Virus record (IMG/VR): IMGVR_UViG_3300044656_000027
Coordinates: 32,001-96,000 of that record
DNA: 64,000 nt
Strand: one strand, 5' to 3'
From: a virus
Taxonomy: Duplodnaviria; Caudoviricetes
Shown here: piece after piece, positions 47,710 through 54,427 of the stretch
Numbering within the stretch: position 1 is the stretch's first letter
Layout of the letters: the number at the start of each line of letters is the position of its first letter
Translations under genes and position numbers: made by a program
The notes under the pieces: generated by a model
The model's database searches: none
What the model saw: only the letters and a program-made list of their open reading frames with translations
Told to the model about the DNA's origin: nothing

Positions 47710-48287
47710 TAGCCCTTAGGTGGGCGTGTTGGATCAAATTGCTGAACCTTGGCAGCTAGGTCATGTCCATCTCTGGATACTCCATAGAACTGTACCACAT
47801 AGTTCATAGCCGCACAAGTGTTGGCTACGGCATCGTAAATGTCATATGACGTTCCAAGTTGGTGATACTTTGCAAAGGTTGGTGGAATACATTGTAGAAC
47901 ACCACGAGAACAATTTGCAGGATGACCATCAGCAACGATAGGTCCAGTAGCGTTTAGATCATAAGTGTTTACTGCGTTAAAGTCATAACTGCTTTCACGG
48001 TTGGCCGCAGTAACAAGTCCAGTCTTCCAATAACTCTGTGCTGTCGGATCAGTAATAGACATGATCTCGAATACCTTTGGCAGCACAGTAGAGGTAAAGG
48101 ATACAGAGTTGTCTACTAGGCCGTAACTAACAGCACCTACACTAATAGGAGAAGGTGTAAATCCAGTGTCTACTGATATTTCGATACTGTTCTTAGTCAG
48201 CTTAGTCTTAGTTGTTATACCGTTAACAGTAATAATTGCAGTGGCCCCAAGAGGCAATGTGCCGGATGTAAATAAGTGCTCTATCAT
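47706..48287 (-). CDS. lytic transglycosylase (SLT) domain protein
   Basis: RESS...AVN..D.N...SRGVLQ.IPPTF..YH...IYD.VAN..AA.NY...YG. Confidence 0.85.
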   Translation of the reverse strand: MIEHLFTSGTLPLGATAIITVNGITTKTKLTKNSIEISVDTGFTPSPISVGAVSYGLVDNSVSFTSTVLPKVFEIMSITDPTAQSYWKTGLVTAANRESSYDFNAVNTYDLNATGPIVADGHPANCSRGVLQCIPPTFAKYHQLGTSYDIYDAVANTCAAMNYVVQFYGVSRDGHDLAAKVQQFDPTRPPKGY

Positions 48288-48288
48288 A

Positions 48289-48633
48289 TTATTCCAATTC
48301 AGTAATCGGTATCCAGCCCTTGCCCTCACGGCCCTCTACTAGAAGGTTACGAGGCTCCATGTCTCTGGCTACTCTGTCTTCAACCTTCTCAAGCCCATGA
48401 AGGGTCCTGTGTGTCCATATGCGGAACTTTGAGGACTCTGCCATACGTCTGAATGCCAAACGCTTGTTGATCAGCTGAGAGCGCTCCTCACGGCTTTCAC
48501 CTACAGCACCGGAAGGCTTATGAATTACTCTTACGCCCGTTTCGCGCTTATTCTGATTCTGACCACCCTTTCCTCCTGAACGGAAGGTTTGGACCTCACA
48601 ATCATGAATAGTCACGCTAAATGCTTTTTCCAT
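48289..48633 (-). CDS. stand-alone GGQ peptide chain release factor domain (RF-1/ArfB/PrfH-like)
   Basis: [26 protein letters not shown]......ERSQ..NK..A. Confidence 0.9.
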   Translation of the reverse strand: MEKAFSVTIHDCEVQTFRSGGKGGQNQNKRETGVRVIHKPSGAVGESREERSQLINKRLAFRRMAESSKFRIWTHRTLHGLEKVEDRVARDMEPRNLLVEGREGKGWIPITELE

Positions 48634-48634
48634 G

Positions 48635-48708
48635 TAGTCCTACTCGGATTCGAACCGAGAACCTTCACATTTTGAGTGTGACGCCTCTGCCAATTGGGCT
48701 ACAGGACC
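48635..48708 (-). tRNA. tRNA-Leu(CAA), short variable arm
   Basis: TCACA-CTCAAAA-TGTGA. Confidence 0.88.
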
Positions 48709-48761
48709 ATTTCTGCCCCCGATGGGCCTTGTGCACTGGAATTTCCAGGATCGGGGTAAAG

Positions 48762-48835
48762 TAGTCCTTGTCGGACTCGAACCGACACCTGAACAGGGTT
48801 TAAGCCTGTTGCCTCTTCCATTGGGCTAAAGGACC
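48762..48835 (-). tRNA. tRNA-Leu(TAA), short variable arm
   Basis: ACAGG-CTTAAAC-CCTGT. Confidence 0.88.
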
Positions 48836-48843
48836 ATAATGTG

Positions 48844-48914
48844 AGCCCTGCGAAGGAATTGAACCCTCATTTGCGCATTACGAAAGCGCTGTTCTGCCGT
48901 TTAACTAGCAGGGC
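48844..48914 (-). tRNA. tRNA-Thr(CGT)
   Basis: GCGC(T)-TTCGTAA-(T)GCGC. Confidence 0.85.
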
Positions 48915-48915
48915 A

Positions 48916-49081
48916 ATGTGGATAGTTGGATTCGATGATTACCAACAAGGCATTTCCTACGTCATACAGTAAATACCTACCATCCCTTTGGGTGCTACCC
49001 AAGACCGCTAAGTCAGGATGTGCGTTCGACCCATAGGCGAGTCTTTTCCGCCATATCCGGTCAGCATGATCAGTGCCGACT
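48916..49081 (-). ncRNA. candidate structured ncRNA between two tRNA-Thr genes
   Basis: Six or more short helices visible; no convincing ORF seen. Confidence 0.35.
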
Positions 49082-49084
49082 TTG

Positions 49085-49157
49085 AGCCCCCAGTCGGATT
49101 CGAACCGACGACCTACGCTTTACAAGAGCGTTGCTCTGGCCTCTGAGCTATAAGGGC
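49085..49157 (-). tRNA. tRNA-Thr(TGT)
   Basis: ACGCT-CTTGTAA-AGCGT. Confidence 0.92.
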
Positions 49158-49199
49158 ATAGGGAGTCTCCGGAAGGAGGAAACAGAGACTCCCAGTATA

Positions 49200-49493
49200 T
49201 TAGGCAGTTCCCGTAGCGGTAACTACCCAGTCTGTGTTTGCGTTCAGAGTAAAGTCAATTGGCTTGCTGAACGCGTTACCAGTTAGGTAAACAGTCCAAA
49301 GACCGTCAGTAGCACCAGCACCAGGAGCGTTAACTGCCTGCTGAATTGACGCAACTGTTGGATATCCCAGTCCAGAACCAGACGCAGGAGCGGTTTGCAC
49401 GTAGCAGTGACCATCTGCGGCTGCTGCAAGAACAACCTGAGTACCCACAGTCAAAGCATTAACTCTGATTGGAGCATTGTAAGTAATTGCCAT
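49200..49493 (-). CDS. hypothetical virion-like small protein
   Basis: MAITYNAP..., Ala/Gly/Thr-rich, composition like structural genes. Confidence 0.65.
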   Translation of the reverse strand: MAITYNAPIRVNALTVGTQVVLAAAADGHCYVQTAPASGSGLGYPTVASIQQAVNAPGAGATDGLWTVYLTGNAFSKPIDFTLNANTDWVVTATGTA

Positions 49494-49562
49494 AAGTGGC
49501 ACCTTTCATGAAAGGGATTGAGCGCTATAGCATTCTCAATAATATCATGAAAGATTATTGTG

Positions 49563-49636
49563 CACCGAAGACGAGATTTGAACCCGCAAATACCCAGCTT
49601 GAAAGGCTGGTGACTCTACCATTCGTCCACTCCGGC
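49563..49636 (-). tRNA. tRNA-Glu(TTC)
   Basis: CCAGC-CTTTCAA-GCTGG. Confidence 0.88.
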
Positions 49637-49644
49637 AAGCGCAG

Positions 49645-49783
49645 AGATGACACCAACCCCTGCGGTTATTACATAGTATTTAATAGGCAGCCTATCTCTT
49701 TTCGGCTAGCGGGAGGACAGGTAGCCCTTTAGCTCAGGCTTCCAACTCTTCCTTTATCCCTAGAGACCTATTATGGTGTCTTA
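49645..49783 (-). ncRNA. candidate structured ncRNA between two tRNA-Glu genes
   Basis: Closing helix GACACCA/TGGTGTC, inner TAATAGG/CCTATTA and hairpins. Confidence 0.35.
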
Positions 49784-49785
49784 CG

Positions 49786-49859
49786 TACTCCGTACGGGAT
49801 TCGAACCCGTATTCTCCCGGTTGAGAGCCGGGTGAGATGTCCTATTACTCTAACGGAGC
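49786..49859 (-). tRNA. tRNA-Glu(CTC)
   Basis: CCCGG-CTCTCAA-CCGGG. Confidence 0.88.
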
Positions 49860-49905
49860 ATACATCTCCTTGGTTGGCGAAGGAGATGGTTCCTCAATGT
49901 ACGCG

Positions 49906-49978
49906 CGCCCCTGACGGGATTCGAACCCGCCCTTGCACCTTGACAGGGTACCGTGCTACTCCCATACACTACAGGGGC
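49906..49978 (-). tRNA. tRNA-Asp(GTC)
   Basis: GTACC-CTGTCAA-GGTGC. Confidence 0.9.
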
Positions 49979-49984
49979 TTTTAT

Positions 49985-50443
49985 TTACACCATCTTAAAA
50001 GCTGCCGTACGCATGGCTTCTGCGAACTCCGTGTCAGGAAGTTTCTTGGCGTCTTGTGGTGCTTCTACATTACCAGTGAACACATCGTATGTCAACTCAC
50101 GTGTGTACTTGTTAGCGATCTTCTCCATCTGAACATACATGTCATTCAGCATGTTCATCATGTCGTTCTGCGCTCTCTGTGATAGAGACCTTATACCATC
50201 CTGGCGTCCTCTGTCAACAGCAGCCTTGGTGTCCGCAGCAAACTCAGGTGTGTGAATTAGCGCGTCATTTTCGTTGTAGAGCTCTCGAATCTTCTTCTCA
50301 GTCTCAGATAGCTTCTGACGTAGCGTAAGCGCCTCAGACTGCCATCTAGCCATGCCTAAGCGTGCTTCCTCAAGCTCCCACTTGGTGTCCTTGAGTTCAT
50401 CTGACACAAGGGACAACGCGTTTCTAATTGCGGACTTCTTCAT
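49985..50443 (-). CDS. coiled-coil hypothetical protein
   Basis: 152 aa, AGGAG RBS. Confidence 0.7.
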   Translation of the reverse strand: MKKSAIRNALSLVSDELKDTKWELEEARLGMARWQSEALTLRQKLSETEKKIRELYNENDALIHTPEFAADTKAAVDRGRQDGIRSLSQRAQNDMMNMLNDMYVQMEKIANKYTRELTYDVFTGNVEAPQDAKKLPDTEFAEAMRTAAFKMV

Positions 50444-50527
50444 TATATTCTCCTAGTTATTATCACAATGTAGTGACAGTATATCAGAGAATAGAAAAAG
50501 CCCCTGTAATACAACAGGGGCCTTAAG

Positions 50528-50818
50528 TTACTCAGCAGGCCAAGTAATGTTTGGTCGTTGAAACTTAACTCTGCCATTTCTTACAATGGCACGTTCAATA
50601 TCTGGGGATTCCTCACCATAGCGAATCATAATCAGATACTTATCTGGATACTGGTACGCGATCTGCTGTAAATCCTCGTCCCAGTTATACCACTTAGCGC
50701 TATACATGCAACCATCGTCATCCCAAGACGGACCATAATTGCCTGTATTAGCAGCAAGGACATCCTTAATATCAGGAATGTCCGTGTCTACAGTTTCAAA
50801 ATTTGAGTAATATCCCAT
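50528..50818 (-). CDS. hypothetical protein
   Basis: MGYYSNF...AKWY.W..D...YP......GEE; GGAGG RBS; hairpin terminator 50492-50524 follows. Confidence 0.75.
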   Translation of the reverse strand: MGYYSNFETVDTDIPDIKDVLAANTGNYGPSWDDDGCMYSAKWYNWDEDLQQIAYQYPDKYLIMIRYGEESPDIERAIVRNGRVKFQRPNITWPAE

Positions 50819-50941
50819 TCTTACCTCCTACGTAAGTGGTCTTCCCGTAGTCAGTGTGCACCTGACTTTTCCCGTACGTTCCTGCTGCTAGCTAGCGTTC
50901 ACGTCTGTAGAGTGTTGTATCCCAGTTAAGGGACGGGGGCG

Positions 50942-51012
50942 CTGGGGCGCAGAGATTCGAACTCCGATAGGCTGATCCAAAGTCAGCAGTCCTGCCATTA
51001 GACGAAACCCCA
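50942..51012 (-). tRNA. tRNA-Gln(TTG)
   Basis: GCTGA-CTTTGGA-TCAGC. Confidence 0.88.
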
Positions 51013-51028
51013 TTAAATTTGCTGCAAG

Positions 51029-51099
51029 CTCCCCGACATGGATTCGAACCACGATTTCTTCGTCCAGAGCGAAGCGTGCTGCCCTTACACCATCAGGGA
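51029..51099 (-). tRNA. tRNA-Gln(CTG)
   Basis: CTTCG-CTCTGGA-CGAAG. Confidence 0.9.
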
Positions 51100-51137
51100 A
51101 TAAGTGCCCTGCTATTGCTAGCTGTTTATGGGCTAAG

Positions 51138-51210
51138 TACCGTATAGGAGACTCGAACTCCTTCGTTCACTTTGGAAGAGTGACATGCTGCCATTAAACA
51201 TCAATACGGC
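51138..51210 (-). tRNA. tRNA-Gly(TCC)
   Basis: TCACT-CTTCCAA-AGTGA. Confidence 0.88.
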
Positions 51211-51287
51211 ATTGCTTGTAGTCAGGCGGTTCTTTCAGGTTCTACAAGCTCCTCTGTCGCTACATATCGCAGCAACCGCCAGGAAAC

Positions 51288-51683
51288 TTAGTAATCGTCG
51301 TGAGATTCGTCTTCATCCCATTCAGGAACACACCAACCGCAATCACACCAGTCTTCGTAGTATTCCTCTTCCTCTTCGTCCTCATAACCAATCAAAGTTA
51401 CTACAGGACCCGCAGAGGTTACATCTACGTCAACAATACGGTCAGAACCATCCTGAACCTCAGCAGATACTCCCCAACCCGTTTCAGAACCATATTCAGC
51501 CTTCATAAGCTCCTCAATGAGGATACGAGTCAGATATGGAGTATCGTACTTGCGATTAAGTGCTCTTCCGACGCTTAGACCTGTCATAACCATTGCTGGC
51601 AGGTCCGACCCATTCCAGTGAGTGTAAATGTACACACCTGGACGATTTCCTTCATGAATGTATACGTTAGCTCTATCTCCCAT
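51288..51683 (-). CDS. hypothetical protein with acidic tail
   Basis: MGDRANV...VYIYTHW.G motif; leaderless start. Confidence 0.75.
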   Translation of the reverse strand: MGDRANVYIHEGNRPGVYIYTHWNGSDLPAMVMTGLSVGRALNRKYDTPYLTRILIEELMKAEYGSETGWGVSAEVQDGSDRIVDVDVTSAGPVVTLIGYEDEEEEEYYEDWCDCGWCVPEWDEDESHDDY

Positions 51684-51690
51684 GTGAGAG

Positions 51691-51719
51691 ACTGTACTAC
51701 ATTCACTTGAAGATGTCAA
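51691..51719 (-). promoter_or_regulatory. leaderless promoter
   Basis: TTGACA-N17-TACAGT, 7 nt to ATG 51683. Confidence 0.65.
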
Positions 51720-51720
51720 G

Positions 51721-51804
51721 TGGTAGCGGAGGCGGGATTTGAACCTCTTTGTGCGATCTCTAGCTTATGAGGCTAGCGAGATGACCTAGCTTCTCTACTC
51801 CGCG
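51721..51804 (-). tRNA. initiator-like tRNA-Met(CAT) with T-stem insertion, CCA encoded
   Basis: C1:U72 mismatch, CTAGC-CTCATAA-GCTAG, extra ACAAAG in T stem. Confidence 0.7.
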
Positions 51805-51806
51805 AG

Positions 51807-51878
51807 TACCGGGAGTGGGAATCGAACCCACGACGACAAGGTTATGAATCTTGCGTTCTACCATTGAACTATCCCGGC
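51807..51878 (-). tRNA. tRNA-Met(CAT)
   Basis: CAAG(A)-TTCATAA-(C)CTTG. Confidence 0.85.
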
Positions 51879-51888
51879 AAAAGATATG

Positions 51889-51961
51889 TGCCGCCTGTAG
51901 GACTCGAACCTACGACCTGTCGGGCTTCAACCGACCGCTCTTCCAACTGAGCTAAAGCGGC
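51889..51961 (-). tRNA. tRNA-Phe(GAA)
   Basis: GTCGG-TTGAAGC-CCGAC. Confidence 0.92.
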
Positions 51962-52035
51962 AATACGAGTAATTACTATGTTTAGTACCCTAGTCCATTA
52001 TATTTAGCGGTATTTACTAGTCTATTACTCAAACT

Positions 52036-52110
52036 TGGTCGTCTTTGTGGGGCTGGACCCACTCCTCTGCCCTCCCACGGACAGTGTGCAACCGGTTACA
52101 CCATTAGACG
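52036..52110 (-). tRNA. atypical tRNA-Pro-like gene (8-nt anticodon loop, non-canonical T loop, CCA encoded)
   Basis: C1-G72, A73, CTGTC-CGTGGGAG-GGCAG, T loop TCCAGC. Confidence 0.55.
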
Positions 52111-52115
52111 ATAAG

Positions 52116-52187
52116 TCGGGTACCGGGGAATCGAACCCCGTTTATCCTGATCCCAAATCAGGCGGATTACCATCTTCCTCGTACCCG
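52116..52187 (-). tRNA. tRNA-Pro(TGG)
   Basis: CCTGA-TTTGGGA-TCAGG. Confidence 0.88.
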
Positions 52188-52244
52188 AGGGCTCATAGGA
52201 CGGAAGGGAAACATCCTATGAGCTTTTCGAAAGGAGGCAAGATC

Positions 52245-52273
52245 AGTATAACTCATCTTCTTCCTTAATGCAA
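52245..52273 (-). promoter_or_regulatory. promoter at head of tRNA array
   Basis: TTGCAT-N17-TATACT, followed by hairpin 52192-52224. Confidence 0.55.
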
Positions 52274-52274
52274 A

Positions 52275-52412
52275 TCAAGTCTTACGATACTGCTTAACGT
52301 GCTTATCGCACATCTTGCGCCATTCTCCTTTGAACCATACTAGCTCAGCCGCCTTGTTATGGCAAGCTCTGAACCAGCATTGCTTACCGACTGGATAGTA
52401 TTTAAAAGGCAT
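52275..52412 (-). CDS. 45-aa Cys/His microprotein
   Basis: Not in track: MPFKYYPVGKQCWFRACHNKAAELVWFKGEWRKMCDKHVKQYRKT. Confidence 0.55.
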   Translation of the reverse strand: MPFKYYPVGKQCWFRACHNKAAELVWFKGEWRKMCDKHVKQYRKT

Positions 52413-52415
52413 GAC

Positions 52416-52640
52416 TTACAGTAGCACGGTCGCCACATCGTTGTCAACGTGTGCGATAAGGATCTCACCAGAACGCAAGCTTAGTCTGATACCGATTTCG
52501 TCCTTGGTGGGCTCTACGTGCTCCCATACTATATTCCAGCCGCCTTGCTTGTCAAGCTGTTCCTCTGTGACGTACAGATGACCACCAAGTTGCTTGATAG
52601 CCGCTACAAGCATTCTAGCTAACTGTTGCTCCGTTGTCAC
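52416..52640 (-). CDS. hypothetical protein
   Basis: 74-aa ORF in operon. Confidence 0.6.
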   Translation of the reverse strand: MTTEQQLARMLVAAIKQLGGHLYVTEEQLDKQGGWNIVWEHVEPTKDEIGIRLSLRSGEILIAHVDNDVATVLL

Positions 52641-52827
52641 GCTTGCTCATCTCCCGAACTGTGCGGTTAAGGTGTTCGTTGGCCTCTAAGACCTCTGAGA
52701 AATGGCTCTGTGCCGCCTTACAGGCGATTTGAGCTACCTCATGGACGAATGTGTTCTCGTCTGGAGTATAGGGCTTTAGAGAGGCTGTCAGAGCATCTAG
52801 GATCTCTGTGAATAGTTCGTTCTTCAT
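52615..52827 (-). CDS. hypothetical protein
   Basis: 70-aa ORF in operon. Confidence 0.6.
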   Translation of the reverse strand: MKNELFTEILDALTASLKPYTPDENTFVHEVAQIACKAAQSHFSEVLEANEHLNRTVREMSKRDNGATVS

Positions 52828-52828
52828 A

Positions 52829-53017
52829 TTAAAGCTCCGGGTATCTCAACTTCTCGTCATCCGGAACCTCAAGGTTGTCAACTAGCTTCTCAAGCACAGT
52901 TCGGATGTAAACGGTAATTCCTAAGCCAAGCTTATCTGCTTCCTTCTGCAAACGCTCAAGAGTGTTCTTGTGCAACCGCAGAGAGCGGGATACCATGGCC
53001 TTGCTTTCCTGACTCAT
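52829..53017 (-). CDS. ribbon-helix-helix (CopG-like) DNA-binding protein
   Basis: SRSLRL....LERLQKEADKLGL..TVYIR.VLE. Confidence 0.75.
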   Translation of the reverse strand: MSQESKAMVSRSLRLHKNTLERLQKEADKLGLGITVYIRTVLEKLVDNLEVPDDEKLRYPEL

Positions 53018-53032
53018 TCTTCTCCTATCGAT

Positions 53033-53497
53033 TTATGAGGTTGGTGCAGGAAGAGCAAGTGTAGCACAGATTACCAGAGCTACTGCAACGATTGAGACAG
53101 CGAATGTCTGTACCAGAGCAGTCTTCCAACCCAGATCCTCCTTCTTCATGTACGCTACCACAAAGGTCATACCAATGTAAATACCAACAGCAGACCAGAG
53201 GGCTACTGTTCCTCCTATGAACGCAAAAGGTATCACAGGAGCGAAACAGCCTATAGCAGTAAAGATACCCATATAAGTAGCAGAACGTAGTCTAGTTCTC
53301 TTGGGTATAGACTTATCTGAGGATAGATATTCTCCTAGTCCCATAGAGATAGCTGAACTAACAGCTAATCCTATACAAGTAACAAAGACTAGTACATGAG
53401 AGAAAGCTAATAGAGGGATTAATACTCCTAGTAAAGAAGTTAATCCATCAAACATTCCAAATATAGAAGGCTTAAGTAAGTCTTTATCTATCTTCAT
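53033..53497 (-). CDS. VIT1/CCC1 family metal (Fe/Mn) transporter-like protein
   Basis: IFGMFDGL...G....A.SMGLGEYLS...G...PVIPF; start refined to MKIDK (the track's TTG is the -35 box). Confidence 0.82.
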   Translation of the reverse strand: MKIDKDLLKPSIFGMFDGLTSLLGVLIPLLAFSHVLVFVTCIGLAVSSAISMGLGEYLSSDKSIPKRTRLRSATYMGIFTAIGCFAPVIPFAFIGGTVALWSAVGIYIGMTFVVAYMKKEDLGWKTALVQTFAVSIVAVALVICATLALPAPTS

Positions 53498-53522
53498 AAC
53501 TATCTTTCTAATATAAATATTA

Positions 53523-53585
53523 AGGGTAGCAGAGAGTGGTACATCTGTCAAGTCCTTGACTTTGTACTACGATCTCTGGTAGAGT
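53523..53585. promoter_or_regulatory. back-to-back divergent promoters at strand switch
   Basis: Minus TTGACA-N17-TACCCT (53551-53523); plus TTGACT-N18-TAGAGT (53556-53585). Confidence 0.65.
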
Positions 53586-53635
53586 CTACCTAACGGGGGA
53601 AGTGGTGGGGGTACACCAATGATAGAAGGTCAACA

Positions 53636-53827
53636 ATGGCTCTTGGTAACTATCGTAGCGTAGAAGATTGCAGCTACGGAAAGATTGGTCCTTGTCTCTT
53701 GAAGAGTCATCCTCAAGAGCATAAGCTAGAGGCTACATGCCTTAATGCTATGTCTGGTTTCTTCTACAATCAGGGCAATTTCGGAAAGACATTCCAGCAA
53801 TTCTTGGATGCAGTAAGAAAGAAGTAA
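53636..53827 (+). CDS. hypothetical protein
   Basis: First ORF of plus-strand operon. Confidence 0.6.
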   Translation: MALGNYRSVEDCSYGKIGPCLLKSHPQEHKLEATCLNAMSGFFYNQGNFGKTFQQFLDAVRKK

Positions 53828-53829
53828 TA

Positions 53830-54249
53830 ATGGAACGCTTGGGACAGAAGAACCAAAGCTCCTATTATTCTAAACCGATTACACGGATACACGCTGACTT
53901 CAACGGTATCTGTGCTTTATGCGGTGGATATGTGGAGCTTAAGGATGCATCCCGAGACCATATCATCCCTCGCTCAGAAGGCGGGGGTAATGGCCGGGAT
54001 AACATTCAATTAACGCACAAGAAGTGCAATAACCTAAAGGGTAACGTCGTTTACCCGAAGAATTGGCAAGAACAGCTCCAGCGGGAGATGGTGATCCCAC
54101 AGGGATATCGCTGCCGTTACTGTGAAATGCCGATTACCAATCAGCATAAGAAGCACAAGTGGGTAGTCAAGGTTATGAGCCATAAGGGTCATGTAGAGGC
54201 GCTGCACTCTTGGTGTAACGAAGAGAGGATCAAGTATGGTAAGCGTTGA
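53830..54249 (+). CDS. HNH endonuclease
   Basis: CALCG...DHIIPRSEGG.....N.QLTH..CN..KG. Confidence 0.85.
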   Translation: MERLGQKNQSSYYSKPITRIHADFNGICALCGGYVELKDASRDHIIPRSEGGGNGRDNIQLTHKKCNNLKGNVVYPKNWQEQLQREMVIPQGYRCRYCEMPITNQHKKHKWVVKVMSHKGHVEALHSWCNEERIKYGKR

Positions 54250-54427
54250 TGAAATTCGCAATATGACCATGTCCGAGTATGCTATTTGGCGCAATACTGT
54301 GCTTATTCCTACTGGAGACTATACAGAAATCAAAGATTATGATTATTATCGTGAATTGTATGTCACCACAGGAGACTGGCGCTATTTCTATTCAATGCTA
54401 GAGAAAGTAGACCCAAATGGCTGGTAA
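54236..54427 (+). CDS. 63-aa protein with scaffold C-terminus-like N-terminal helix
   Basis: EIRNMTMSEYAIWR vs scaffold DIANMSMSEYAKFR. Confidence 0.7.
   Translation: MVSVDEIRNMTMSEYAIWRNTVLIPTGDYTEIKDYDYYRELYVTTGDWRYFYSMLEKVDPNGW

Noticed and set aside
49159-49195. SRP RNA-like TCCGGAAGGA loop
   Set aside because: On the non-transcribed strand and lacks CAGG/GCAGC internal loops; explained as a pre-tRNA hairpin
41227-52187. Suppressor tRNA or stop-codon recoding
   Set aside because: No CTA, TTA or TCA anticodon found, and genes translate intact with the standard code
42290-52268. Track ORFs overlapping tRNAs (e.g. 42290..42766, 42749..42973, 47023..47244, 49832..50182)
   Set aside because: Chance frames across tRNA genes with no RBS or protein-like features
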